A DNA stretch of 64,000 bases. It comes from an uncultured Gammaproteobacteria bacterium (GTDB taxonomy: Bacteria; Patescibacteriota; Microgenomatia; Levybacterales; GWA1-39-11). Shown here in pieces: positions 1 to 9,530 of this stretch (positions within the stretch are counted from its first letter, which is position 1; each line of letters begins with the position of its first letter). The stretch covers positions 18,669-82,668 of the forward strand of contig CAZIAP010000005.1 of the NCBI GenBank assembly GCA_964537315.1, given 5' to 3'. A program made the translations under genes and the position numbers. The notes under the pieces are model-generated. The model saw only the letters and a list, made by a program, of their open reading frames with translations. It had not been told where the DNA came from and made no database searches.

Positions 1-209
1 ACTCGTGGGCCGTCAGTTAGAACTCGGCATAAAAAATTGAGCTCTTCTTCGTTCACCAAGACTGAATCTGAGTGATTCTCCTTTTCTAGTTCACGTCTCA
101 AATTAGAAGGAGGAGCTAGATGTGCGATTAGTTGTCGCGTATACCCTCTTTTTCTCGCAATCGCCAAAACCTTAGATATCTCAACCGGATATCTTTTTTT
201 TCCACTCAT
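1..209 (-). CDS. hypothetical protein, runs off the window start
   Basis: Not in the ORF track. ATG at 209 with a GAAAGG SD upstream; open frame MSGKKRYPVEISKVLAIARKRGY... to the window edge. Confidence 0.55.
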   Translation of the reverse strand, partial: MSGKKRYPVEISKVLAIARKRGYTRQLIAHLAPPSNLRRELEKENHSDSVLVNEEELNFLCRVLTDGPR

Positions 210-429
210 CGAATGGACCTTTCTATGACAAACGAGCAGTCACATCAAGCAATGACTCTCAGCATAAATAAAAGTATAAAAATTATATCAAAACTTAGAC
301 TATAAGTCATTTAATCCCTTCGTTTAGTATGATAAAATTGCAGGCAAACAAATATTAAAGATTTGTGATTTATGATTTATGGTATAAGAGATAGGGAAGC
401 GAATAAGTATTTATATTTTGAAAGCTAAT

Positions 430-2316
430 ATGAAAAATAAATTTTTCATCATCGATTTTGATTCTACTTTTGTAACTATCGAAGCGCTTGATTCACTTGC
501 CGAAATTGCTTTGAAAAACAACCCTCAAAAAGATCAAATTCTTCAGCAGATAAAAGGAATCACTCATCTTGGCATGGAAGGCAAGATGTCATTTACTCAA
601 ACACTCGAGCAAAGACTATCATTATTCTCAGCAGACAAATCTCATATTGAGGCTCTAGTCAAACTTCTAAAAAAGAATATTACACCCTCAATATTAAGAA
701 ATAAATCTTTTTTTAAAAATTATGCACAGAATGTATATATTATCTCCGGAGGGTTCAGTGAATATATAAAACCAATTGTAACAACTTTAGGAATACCGAC
801 AGAGAATATTTTGGCAAATGAATTTAAGTTTAAAAATAATGAAATTGTCGGGTTTAACTATCAGAATCCGTTATCCCAAAAACAGGGCAAGGTGAAAGCA
901 GTTAAGTCACTTAAATTAAAAGGTGAGGTATACGTTATTGGGGATGGATATACGGATTATGAGATTAAAAAACACAAGGCAGCAAATTATTTTTATTGTT
1001 TTACCGAGAACGTGCGACGTGATAGCGTAGCAAACCTTGCTGACCGTGAAGTAGCAAGTTTTGATGAAGTGCTATACGAAGTACATCTAGAAAGGTCACA
1101 ATCATATCCAAAAAGTAAGATGAAGGTACTGCTATTGGAAAACATACACGACGTCGCAGTACAAAAGTTCAAGGATGAGGGATACCAGGTAAAAACGTAC
1201 AATAAAGCCTTGTCTGAAGATGAGCTAATCAAAGAACTAAAAGATGTTTCTATTTTAGGAATTCGCTCAAAAACCGAAATTACAAAACGTGTTTTAGATA
1301 ACTCTCCTAAACTTATCGCCATAGGTGCATTTTGTATTGGGACTAATCAAATTGATCTGGATGTGGCAGCAAACAAAGGAATTATTGTATTTAATGCACC
1401 TTATAGCAATACCAGAAGCGTAGTCGAGATGGTTATTGGGGAAATAATAGTTCTGACGAGAGGAATTGTCGATAAAAGCAATATGCTACATGATGGGGTA
1501 TGGGATAAATCCGCTGAAGGAAGTCACGAGATTAGAGGTAAAACCCTAGGAATTATTGGTTATGGAAACATCGGATCACAGCTTTCAGTGGTAGCAGAAA
1601 ACTTGGGAATGAAAGTGCTGTTTTATGATCTGGAGACAAAACTCGCATTAGGGAACGCTGAACAGGTAAAGAGCATGAGCCAACTTCTGTCTAAGTCAGA
1701 CATTGTAACTCTTCATGTAGACGGAAGACCTGAAAACAAAAACTTAATATCTAGTAAGGAGTTTGCAAAAATGCGTGATGGGGTAGTCTTTATAAACCTT
1801 GCCAGAGGACATGTAGTTGATATTCCAGCGCTCAAGTCAGCTCTTGAATCAGGAAAATTACGGGGAGCTGCGGTAGACGTGTTTCCAAAAGAGCCACGAG
1901 GAAAAGACGAAGAGTTCGAAAGCGAGTTAAAGGGACTCCCTAATTTGATTCTTACTCCTCATATCGGAGGGAGTACTCAAGAGGCACAACTTAATATAGG
2001 TGAGTTTGTTTCAGATAAAATATCTCAGTATGTGGATTCTGGAAACAGTAACTTTGGGGTTAATTTTCCTCAGATTTCACTTCCTTCACTTCATAAAGCT
2101 CATAGGTTTCTGCACATACACGAGAGCTCTCCTGGTGTACTGGCTGAGATAAATAAAATACTTGCCAAACATAATATCAATATACTCGGACAATACTTAA
2201 AAACTATTGATAAGATCGGATATGTGGTCACCGACGTTAACAGATCTTACAAAGAAAATGTTGTTAATGAACTACAATCAGTAAAAGGAACAATAAGATT
2301 AAGAGTGTTGTATTGA
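430..2316 (+). CDS. serA: fused phosphoserine phosphatase (HAD, SerB-like) / D-3-phosphoglycerate dehydrogenase with C-terminal ACT domain
   Basis: N-terminal HAD motifs DFDST and GDGYTD; SerA motifs GIRSKT, FNAPYSNTRSV, GIIGYGNIG, NLARG and TPHIGGST; ACT-like end. ATG at 430 preferred over TTG at 418. Confidence 0.93.
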   Translation: MKNKFFIIDFDSTFVTIEALDSLAEIALKNNPQKDQILQQIKGITHLGMEGKMSFTQTLEQRLSLFSADKSHIEALVKLLKKNITPSILRNKSFFKNYAQNVYIISGGFSEYIKPIVTTLGIPTENILANEFKFKNNEIVGFNYQNPLSQKQGKVKAVKSLKLKGEVYVIGDGYTDYEIKKHKAANYFYCFTENVRRDSVANLADREVASFDEVLYEVHLERSQSYPKSKMKVLLLENIHDVAVQKFKDEGYQVKTYNKALSEDELIKELKDVSILGIRSKTEITKRVLDNSPKLIAIGAFCIGTNQIDLDVAANKGIIVFNAPYSNTRSVVEMVIGEIIVLTRGIVDKSNMLHDGVWDKSAEGSHEIRGKTLGIIGYGNIGSQLSVVAENLGMKVLFYDLETKLALGNAEQVKSMSQLLSKSDIVTLHVDGRPENKNLISSKEFAKMRDGVVFINLARGHVVDIPALKSALESGKLRGAAVDVFPKEPRGKDEEFESELKGLPNLILTPHIGGSTQEAQLNIGEFVSDKISQYVDSGNSNFGVNFPQISLPSLHKAHRFLHIHESSPGVLAEINKILAKHNINILGQYLKTIDKIGYVVTDVNRSYKENVVNELQSVKGTIRLRVLY

Positions 2317-2332
2317 GAATAAAATAATAACT

Positions 2333-3409
2333 ATGTCAAATATCTACTTCACTGTTGGACCATCGCAAGCGTATCCAACAATCGATAAACATATACAGTC
2401 TGCATTGAAAGAGGAGATTATCTCTCTCAACCATCGTGGAAAATCTTTTACGTCTCTATATCAAAGTGCTGAAGAACGTTTAAAAGAGTTATTGTCTATT
2501 CCTACTGAATATTCAGTGTTTTTCCTTTCATCCGGGACTGAGGGTATGGAGAAAGTGATACAAAATACGGTTGAGAAATATTCTTATCACATTATTACAG
2601 GAACTTTCGGCGATCGATTTTATCAAACAGCAAAAGAGTTAGGAAAAGTAGCAAGTTCTTATTTTTTTAATCCTACGGAAGGCTTTAGGGCAGCTGATGT
2701 TGTAGTTCCTGAGAATGCTGAGTTAATAGCCTTTACTCACAATGACACGAGCACTGGCATGCAAATTCCAATGAGTGAGATTTATGCTATTGGTAAGCAA
2801 AATCCTGATGCGTTAATCGCAGTTGATACTGTGTCCTCAATGCCTGCTGTAGATATTGATTACCCCAAAGTTGATGCGGTATTCTTCTCAGTACAAAAAG
2901 GATTTGGGATGCCAGCTGGTCATGGAGTTCTAATTGTTAGTCCTCGCGCGATAGAAAAAGCAAAAAAATTATCTGATGCAGGAGTAAACATCGGATCTTA
3001 TCACAATTTTATACATCTGCAAAAATATGCCCAAAAGTTTCAGACTCCTGATACTCCTAATGTATTAGGGATCTATCTACTAAACAAGATACTTGGTGAT
3101 TTTCTTGAACTAGGAATACACACTATTAGGCAAAGTACAAAAGACAAATCAACCATGATGTACGACTTTTTTAAAAATACTGATAGATATTCACCACTTG
3201 TATCAGATATTGAGATACGCTCTGATACTACTTTAGTTGTACAGGTAAAAGGAGGATCAAAAGACATTATTGAAAATCTTAAAAAGCAAGGCATTATTAT
3301 TGGAAGTGGTTATGGCGAGAATAAGAATGACCATATACGTATAGCCAATTTTCCTGCACACACCCTAGATGATGTTAACCACTTGATTACTGCACTAAAA
3401 AACATGTAG
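2333..3409 (+). CDS. serC: phosphoserine aminotransferase (class V PLP enzyme)
   Basis: FTVGPSQ, SLNHRG, HNDTSTG, DTVSS and SVQKGFG (PLP lysine); adjacent to serA. Confidence 0.85.
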   Translation: MSNIYFTVGPSQAYPTIDKHIQSALKEEIISLNHRGKSFTSLYQSAEERLKELLSIPTEYSVFFLSSGTEGMEKVIQNTVEKYSYHIITGTFGDRFYQTAKELGKVASSYFFNPTEGFRAADVVVPENAELIAFTHNDTSTGMQIPMSEIYAIGKQNPDALIAVDTVSSMPAVDIDYPKVDAVFFSVQKGFGMPAGHGVLIVSPRAIEKAKKLSDAGVNIGSYHNFIHLQKYAQKFQTPDTPNVLGIYLLNKILGDFLELGIHTIRQSTKDKSTMMYDFFKNTDRYSPLVSDIEIRSDTTLVVQVKGGSKDIIENLKKQGIIIGSGYGENKNDHIRIANFPAHTLDDVNHLITALKNM

Positions 3410-3422
3410 ACTAACAATTCAT

Positions 3423-3869
3423 ATGAGATTGCAAGTCGGAGATATTGCGCCTAGTTTTGAACTTTACGATCAGCACAAAGAACTACATGATCTTGAAGAT
3501 TATGAGGGTGAGTGGGTTATCCTCTACTTTTATCCCAAAGATGATACGCCCGGTTGTACAACAGAAGCATGTAATTTTAGAGATAATCTAGCAGAGTTGC
3601 AAAAACAAGCGGTACTTCTGGGAGTAAGTGCTGATACAGCTGAGTCGCATAAAAAATTTGATGAAAAATATAATCTTGAATTTCCTTTACTAGCAGATCC
3701 TGATAAGCAGGTAATTGAGAGCTACGGAGCAGATGGGATGATTTTTCCTAAGAGAGTAACATTTTTAATTAGTCCTGAGGGAATGATCGAAAAAGTGTAT
3801 GACAATGTTGACCCAGATACTCATGCTGCAGAAATTATGGCTGATCTAAGACTCCTAAAATCAGAATAA
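3423..3869 (+). CDS. bcp: peroxiredoxin, Bcp/PrxQ family
   Basis: LYFYPKDDTPGCTTEAC motif. Confidence 0.93.
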   Translation: MRLQVGDIAPSFELYDQHKELHDLEDYEGEWVILYFYPKDDTPGCTTEACNFRDNLAELQKQAVLLGVSADTAESHKKFDEKYNLEFPLLADPDKQVIESYGADGMIFPKRVTFLISPEGMIEKVYDNVDPDTHAAEIMADLRLLKSE

Positions 3870-3886
3870 AAAAATACCCCTAAGAT

Positions 3887-4213
3887 TTACAAAGGGGTAT
3901 TAAATTTACTTTCAAATATATTCGCTAAGTCGTCCGGATCGGTATTTAAAATATCTGCGATCTGACATAAGTTATCCCATCTTAAAGGTATAAGTGAACC
4001 TATCCAAGGACGATTTGCCTGATGATAGATTGGCACACCACAATCTTGTAAGTCTTTGAGGGTAAGTCCTTTCCTCTTACATTCGTATGCAAGGTCAATA
4101 TAATTGATATAGTATATTTTCACCTTCTTTCCTCGAGTTTCAATTCCCGAGAGCAGAGTAATGACTATCAACCCCGAAGTGGCAAAGACTACGATTAGCA
4201 TGCCTAAAAGCAC
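3887..4213 (-). CDS. hypothetical protein with N-terminal TM helix and possible XRE-like HTH
   Basis: GTG start with GAAAGG SD; hydrophobic N-terminus; LTLKDL...LCQIADILNTDPDDL resembles an XRE HTH. Confidence 0.55.
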   Translation of the reverse strand: MLLGMLIVVFATSGLIVITLLSGIETRGKKVKIYYINYIDLAYECKRKGLTLKDLQDCGVPIYHQANRPWIGSLIPLRWDNLCQIADILNTDPDDLANIFESKFNTPL

Positions 4214-4234
4214 TATTTTAACCTTTCAAAATAG

Positions 4235-4262
4235 GTGCCCTTGCCTGAAATGACAAGGGCAC
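4235..4262. terminator. GC-rich hairpin between two minus-strand orphan genes
   Basis: GTGCCCTTG-N10-CAAGGGCAC perfect 9-bp stem; no clear U tract. Confidence 0.4.
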
Positions 4263-4273
4263 TGATAGGTGGG

Positions 4274-4504
4274 TCAAAAGTAGGGAATGAGCCAGAGTAA
4301 GCCTAACGTGAATGCCCAGATTGTGAATATCAAAAACCCAATCCAGCCGATGTACTGCAAAGTCTTGCAGTGTTTTGCTATTGTCTGCAAAGTCTTCCGG
4401 GGATCATCATGGTGAGCGTAGTATAGCCAATTGGTTAAGATCCCTATGGCTATACAACCGTATCCACCAAAGAATAGTCACCAAAATGAGAATGACCCTG
4501 GCAC
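4274..4504 (-). pseudogene. small two-TM membrane protein interrupted by an in-frame TGA at codon 9
   Basis: Strong SD AGAAAGGAGAGGAG plus GTG at 4504. Reads MPGSFSFW*LFFGGYGCIAIGILTNWLYY...IGWIGFLIFTIWAFTLGLLWLIPYF; the internal TGA is at 4480-4478. Confidence 0.5.
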
Positions 4505-4681
4505 ACTCCTCTCCTTTCTATTGTTCATGTGCTAGAAACTACAATGCGCAAATGCAAATCGTTTCAGTTAAAGGATTATACATAAATTCAATACAGGATT
4601 CAAACTATAAGCTTGTTTATGAGTCTGTAGGACTTTAAACAAAGAGGCAAGTGGAGTATAATAACAAAACTCTTCGTAAAT

Positions 4682-5833
4682 ATGAATAATAATCTCATTA
4701 AATGTACTCACTGCGGAAAAGACATTGAGATCTCCGAAGCATTAACACATCAGCTCAAAGCAGAGGTATCTGCTTCTCTTGAATCCGAGTATAAACAAAA
4801 AGTAGAGGCACTCTCAAAAGAAGCTGAAGAAAAAGCGATGAAAAAAGCTACAGAGTCAATGGAGCTTAAGTTCAAAGATATTGAAAATGAGGCTAAAGAA
4901 GCAAGAGAACGTGGAAAAAAACTCCAGGAAGAGCTGCTAGAAGCAACACGCGCCATGCGTGAGCTTAGAGAAAAAGATGAGCAGCGTGAGCTGGAAATGG
5001 AGAAAAAAATTTCCCAAATGCAGAACACGCTTAAAGAAGAGATAACCAAACAGTATTCTTCAGAATTCAGGCTAAAAGAGCTTGAGAAAGATAAAGTTAT
5101 AAATGACCTTAAGAAAGCTTTAGACGATGCTCAGCGCAAAGCACAGCAGGGCAGTATGCAGACACAAGGTGAAGTGCTTGAGTTAGATCTTGAGCAGGCA
5201 CTAGGACTTGCATTTCCTACAGATATTATCGAGCCGGTTGAAAAAGGTATTCGTGGAGCCGATATTAAACATACCGTAAAAACGATGCACGGAAATGTTT
5301 GTGGCGTAATATTATGGGAAACCAAGCGCACAAAATCCTGGTCAGATGAGTGGGTAACTAAATTAAAAGACGATCTCAGAGCTGAAAAAGCGCATATACC
5401 GGTTATTGTCTCAGCTGTTTTACCTAAAGAAGCCGAGTCAGGAATGGGACTAAAAGATGGTGTGTGGGTGGTAAGTTTTTCATTGTTTATTCCTCTTGCG
5501 AGAATCTTACGGGATAAGCTAGTGGAAGTGGCGAGGGAAAAGTTTATGGCTCAAAGCAAAGAAGGTAAGTCAGAACAACTGTACGGTTATATAACCAGTC
5601 ACGAGTTCCGTCAGCAAATTGAGGCAATGCTTGAAGTATACGCGAGTATGAAAGATCAGATAGATAAAGAGCGCAGAGCATATGAAAAACTTTGGAGTCA
5701 GCGGGAAATGCAAGTAGAACGGATGTTTCGCAGTACTGCAAGAATTGTCGGAAGTATTCAAGGTACGGTTGGTTCTTCATTAAATCAGATAAAAGGCTTA
5801 GAGCTACTTGAACTCGAAGAAAGTACTCAATAA
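4682..5833 (+). CDS. DUF2130-like coiled-coil protein
   Basis: N-terminal CxxC, long coiled coil, QQGSMQTQGEVLE, GADI and ILWETKRTKSW motifs. Confidence 0.85.
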   Translation: MNNNLIKCTHCGKDIEISEALTHQLKAEVSASLESEYKQKVEALSKEAEEKAMKKATESMELKFKDIENEAKEARERGKKLQEELLEATRAMRELREKDEQRELEMEKKISQMQNTLKEEITKQYSSEFRLKELEKDKVINDLKKALDDAQRKAQQGSMQTQGEVLELDLEQALGLAFPTDIIEPVEKGIRGADIKHTVKTMHGNVCGVILWETKRTKSWSDEWVTKLKDDLRAEKAHIPVIVSAVLPKEAESGMGLKDGVWVVSFSLFIPLARILRDKLVEVAREKFMAQSKEGKSEQLYGYITSHEFRQQIEAMLEVYASMKDQIDKERRAYEKLWSQREMQVERMFRSTARIVGSIQGTVGSSLNQIKGLELLELEESTQ

Positions 5834-5905
5834 CTTCTTCAAATCATTCCATTTTGTTATAATCACGCTTATCGTTATAATTGCTCGTTAAGAAAGGAAG
5901 TTCGA

Positions 5906-6109
5906 TTGAATAGCTTTTTCAGGCGTAACTTTGATTTGCTGAAACCGCTATCTATTCTCGTAGGTGTTTGGATCTCAGTGACTCTACTATTCAAAGGCTT
6001 GAGCATAGAGTCATTTAAACTGAGTAGTGTGTTAGCCATCAGTATTTTTTTACTGCTTTCCTATCGTAGTGCAAAGACAGAGTATAAGAGGTGGGAAAAG
6101 GACAATTAA
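5906..6109 (+). CDS. small membrane protein
   Basis: AGAAAGG SD plus TTG; two hydrophobic segments. Confidence 0.6.
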   Translation: MNSFFRRNFDLLKPLSILVGVWISVTLLFKGLSIESFKLSSVLAISIFLLLSYRSAKTEYKRWEKDN

Positions 6110-6411
6110 TGCCGGAGTTTATTACGACTTCAACTCTCTTATTTTTATTTTTTGTATGCAGTGTTACGTGGGTAAACTCTTGGAAAAGATATTACCAATA
6201 TAGAAAACAGGGAAGTCCTCGAACTCAGGATAGAGTTATAAAACTCTATATCAAAACTAGACAAGTAGCCATTATAGGTATGGCTGTTACTTCGGGGATC
6301 GTGCTAATCGTCTACGAACGATACTATGCTGTTACTGTCTGTTTCTTAATTGGTGCTGTTGTCGGTTTTTACTGGCATCGAATTAGCAGTATGATTGAGC
6401 GATATAACTAG
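6109..6411 (+). CDS. small membrane protein
   Basis: ATG overlaps the upstream TAA (TAATG); three hydrophobic segments. Confidence 0.65.
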   Translation: MPEFITTSTLLFLFFVCSVTWVNSWKRYYQYRKQGSPRTQDRVIKLYIKTRQVAIIGMAVTSGIVLIVYERYYAVTVCFLIGAVVGFYWHRISSMIERYN

Positions 6412-6414
6412 TTT

Positions 6415-6459
6415 ATGCGCCTTGAGATAATATCAATAGGCGCATCTCTCTTGTTTTTT
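6415..6459 (+). terminator. probable intrinsic terminator
   Basis: ATGCGCCT...AGGCGCAT stem followed by a pyrimidine/T run. Confidence 0.5.
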
Positions 6460-6485
6460 AACAAAAATTAGTTGCATAATGAATT

Positions 6486-7091
6486 ATGGCCGCAATGGGT
6501 ACAATTCCAGTGAATGAACCAAGAAAAAGGTTTTTCAAATCCTTTGAAGCGAAATCTCTGCGCAAAAGATCATTTCTAACTCGAATTTCTGATAAGTTAA
6601 CAGCATTTTGCGGATCTACATACTTTCTTGTCTTTCATGTAATCTTTTTTACTGTTTGGATTGCAGTTAATACTGGCCAAATTCCTGGGGTCGCTATTTA
6701 CGATGAGTTTCCTTTCGGATTGTTGACTATGGTTGTGTCTCTTGAAGCAATATTTTTAGCCATATTTGTCTTGGTGTCCCAAAATCGTCAAGCAAACATA
6801 ACAACTGTTAGAGACGAAGTTAATATGAAAGTGAATCTAATTGCAGAAGAGGAAATTACCAAGATTTTGCACTTGCTAGCAGAAATGCGCGTACATATGG
6901 GAATAAAAAAGAAAGATGAGGAGCTGGAAGAGATGCTAGGTAGAATAGATACAGGAAACATAGAGCAATCTATTCTAAATCAGCTACAGAGAGCAGATAA
7001 GCCTATTCATCAGGACATTTCAAAACCTTTAGATATTCTTAAAAAGCCGGTTAAAGCGATTAACGACATGATGCAAGAAAACAAATCTTGA
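6486..7091 (+). CDS. DUF1003-like membrane protein
   Basis: FPFGLLTMVVSLEAIFLAIFVLVSQNRQ signature. Confidence 0.85.
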   Translation: MAAMGTIPVNEPRKRFFKSFEAKSLRKRSFLTRISDKLTAFCGSTYFLVFHVIFFTVWIAVNTGQIPGVAIYDEFPFGLLTMVVSLEAIFLAIFVLVSQNRQANITTVRDEVNMKVNLIAEEEITKILHLLAEMRVHMGIKKKDEELEEMLGRIDTGNIEQSILNQLQRADKPIHQDISKPLDILKKPVKAINDMMQENKS

Positions 7092-7123
7092 CAAATATAT
7101 TGTCACTATGATTGACTAGATAT

Positions 7124-7345
7124 ATGGCAAAGAAAGCAGCAAAAAAAAGATATCAAGAACTAACCCAGCCTACACAAACCTCCAGAGTACTTACATGGTT
7201 GTTACTTCTATTAGTTCCTGTGATTGCCTTCTTTCTAGGTATGCGTTATCAAGAATCTCAATCTAACCTACAGATTTTAGAACTTAAAGAACAGATGATG
7301 TACGAACAGTTAAACCCAGCCACTCCTTCAGCAGATCTCCCGTAG
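7124..7345 (+). CDS. small single-TM protein
   Basis: Basic N-terminus, TM segment, FFLGMRYQ; ATG at 7124. Confidence 0.7.
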   Translation: MAKKAAKKRYQELTQPTQTSRVLTWLLLLLVPVIAFFLGMRYQESQSNLQILELKEQMMYEQLNPATPSADLP

Positions 7346-7390
7346 TCAGATAACAAATATCAGATAATTCTTCTGTGTTATAATCTTGAT

Positions 7391-8134
7391 ATGGAACTTC
7401 TAATTCTTCTGGTACCTTTACTACTCGTTATTTTAGTTTCAATTAAGCAAGTTAATCAATACGAGAGAGGTGTAAAGTTTCAGTTCGGTAAGTATGTGTC
7501 TATCATGGAGCCGGGTTGGAGACTTGTATGGCCAATTATTCAAGGATGGCAAAAAGTTGATATCCGTACAAAAGCAGTTGATGTGCCTGATCAAGAGGCA
7601 ATTACCAAAGACAATATTTCAGCTCGAATTAATGCTGTAATTTATTACCGTGTATCTCATGTAGAAAAAGCGGTGCTTGAAGTAGAAGATTTCTATTACG
7701 CAGTCTCACAGCTTGCACAAACTACGATGCGTAATGTAGTAGGTGAGACCTCACTTGATGATCTTTTGTCTCAGAGAAACAAAGTAGCTGACAAAATCCA
7801 AAATATAATTGATAAGGCCACAGATCAATGGGGAATAAAGGTAGAGTCGGTAGAGTTAAAAGACATTTTATTACCTGAGGAAATGAAAAGAGTGATCGGA
7901 CGACAGGCAGAAGCAGAGCGTGAGCGACGTGCGATAATCATAAGGGCAGAAGGTGAAAAAGCTGCTGCGGAAAATATTGCAAAAGCAGCAGATGTACTTG
8001 CTAAAACTACAGGCGGTCTGCATATCCGTACACTTCAGACACTTAATGAAGTATCAAGTGATAAATCTAATACTGTAATATTTGTGACGCCCCTTGAGGT
8101 TCTGCGAGCTTTCGAGAACTTTATTAAAAAATAG
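7391..8134 (+). CDS. SPFH/stomatin (slipin) family protein
   Basis: ITKDN, SQLAQTTMRNVVG and QAEAERERRA motifs. Confidence 0.92.
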   Translation: MELLILLVPLLLVILVSIKQVNQYERGVKFQFGKYVSIMEPGWRLVWPIIQGWQKVDIRTKAVDVPDQEAITKDNISARINAVIYYRVSHVEKAVLEVEDFYYAVSQLAQTTMRNVVGETSLDDLLSQRNKVADKIQNIIDKATDQWGIKVESVELKDILLPEEMKRVIGRQAEAERERRAIIIRAEGEKAAAENIAKAADVLAKTTGGLHIRTLQTLNEVSSDKSNTVIFVTPLEVLRAFENFIKK

Positions 8135-8428
8135 ACTTTTACACGATTATTACCCTTTACTAATTGAATACTGTCCTCTGAGAAATAAAGTTATCGTTCG
8201 TAATTTTTAGTTCCTAAACTACAACTAAATAAAATTTTCCCAAAACGTGTTGGATGAGATTCTTTGGACATTTAGTCAGTGTTTAAATAGCCATCATTCA
8301 GCTGTACAAGAGCGTTACGGAAATAGGAGGACCCGTTTCGCAGTTCAGGTGGGGACCGGTTGAATGGATGAGCACGAAATACGAGGTAGCACGTTTATTA
8401 TCAGTACCCATTGGAAGGGGACCAATGC

Positions 8429-8764
8429 ATGGATCAGACTCCAATCACCGATGCTGAGTCCGGGAAGAAGAGCGTACAGGAAGAAGGCGTGATTATAAAT
8501 ACAATCACGGGGGAGATCAATGATCTCAAAGATGTCTCATTACTGCCGCAGATTGACCCAACTCAGGTTGAAGGTCTCATAGACGTCTTGCATTACCACA
8601 GCGGAAAGCGCGTCACACGGCTTGAAGTATGGGAGTCGAAACAGGCGTTTGATCAAGCGAGGAAAAGTCCTTTCTATCAAAGCCAGCACCATCTGATAAG
8701 TATGGTTCTATCTCAGGTTCAGATCGAGCGGGGAGAGCTTATCCCATCGACATATCTTCAGTAA
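8429..8764 (+). CDS. orphan protein with ABM-like (dimeric alpha-beta barrel) C-terminal motif
   Basis: GAAGGGG SD plus ATG; SGKRVTRLEVWESKQAF resembles the ABM W-x-S motif. Confidence 0.55.
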   Translation: MDQTPITDAESGKKSVQEEGVIINTITGEINDLKDVSLLPQIDPTQVEGLIDVLHYHSGKRVTRLEVWESKQAFDQARKSPFYQSQHHLISMVLSQVQIERGELIPSTYLQ

Positions 8765-8810
8765 TAGCCGATTGAGGAGTACCAATAGAATGGTACTTAC
8801 TTAATAGGCA

Positions 8811-8902
8811 AAGCCGGGGGGTAGATATTGTTATCTATGCTATGTCGAACTGCTGCAATGGCGCAGCACGGAGATATACGTTTTACAGTCTACCTTCCGG
8901 TT
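8811..8902 (+). ncRNA. long imperfect hairpin 3' of an ABM-like gene (copy 1)
   Basis: AGCCGGGGGGTAGA pairs with TCTACCTTCCGGTT (14 bp including GU); apical TGCTGC/GCAGCA stem; similar to 19141-19223. Confidence 0.45.
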
Positions 8903-8912
8903 ATTCATATTT

Positions 8913-9461
8913 TTAGGTTTGAGTTTTATACTCTTCTTTTACTTTCTCTGTGTATTTGGACATTAGCTTTTGGATTTTAGGATTTATTACAAATGTACAA
9001 TAAGGTTTATTTCTATTTTTTTCGTAGTAATCTCTGTGATAATCTTCTGCGGGATAAAATGCTTCAAACTGAGTAATCTCAGTGACAATGGGATCTTTAA
9101 ACTCTTTTGAAAGTTCAAGCTCAGTTATTGCTTTTTCGGCGGTGTTTTTTTGGTTTTCACTATGGTAAAAAATGGCAGACCTATACTGTGTTCCTACATC
9201 ATTTCCTTGTCTATTTAGTGTTGTGGGATTATGTGTGTGGAAAAATATATCCAAAAGATCTTCATAGGAAATGATATCAGGATCAAATTCAATTTGAATA
9301 GCTTCAGCGTGACCTGTGGCGCCTGTTGAGACTTGTTCATAAGATGGATTTGCTCTTGCTCCTCCGGAATATCCAGGGATTACTGACTGTACTCCTTTAA
9401 GTCTGCGAAATACAGCCTCAGTACACCAAAAGCACCCATTCGCAAAAGTAACCGTTTCCAT
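8913..9461 (-). CDS. msrA: peptide-methionine (S)-S-oxide reductase
   Basis: GCFWC, GHAE, RQGNDVGTQYRS and AEDYH motifs. Confidence 0.97.
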   Translation of the reverse strand: METVTFANGCFWCTEAVFRRLKGVQSVIPGYSGGARANPSYEQVSTGATGHAEAIQIEFDPDIISYEDLLDIFFHTHNPTTLNRQGNDVGTQYRSAIFYHSENQKNTAEKAITELELSKEFKDPIVTEITQFEAFYPAEDYHRDYYEKNRNKPYCTFVINPKIQKLMSKYTEKVKEEYKTQT

Positions 9462-9466
9462 TAATT

Positions 9467-9522
9467 AAGTATACTGTATGGAGTATTAGGTATAAAGTAT
9501 AAAGCTGTAAGTAGAAAGTATA
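9467..9522. repeat. degenerate heptamer tandem array (consensus AAGTATA), about 8 units
   Basis: aagtata ctgtatg gagtatt aggtata aagtata aagctgt aagtaga aagtata. Confidence 0.65.
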
Positions 9523-9530
9523 AATATTTT

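Noticed and set aside
4375-4638. 87-aa plus-strand ORF
   Set aside because: No start signals; the minus-strand interrupted frame with a strong SD explains the region better.
8765-8902. Hairpins as integron attC sites or retron msr/msd
   Set aside because: No RYYYAAC...GTTRRRY ends, and no integrase or reverse transcriptase in the window.
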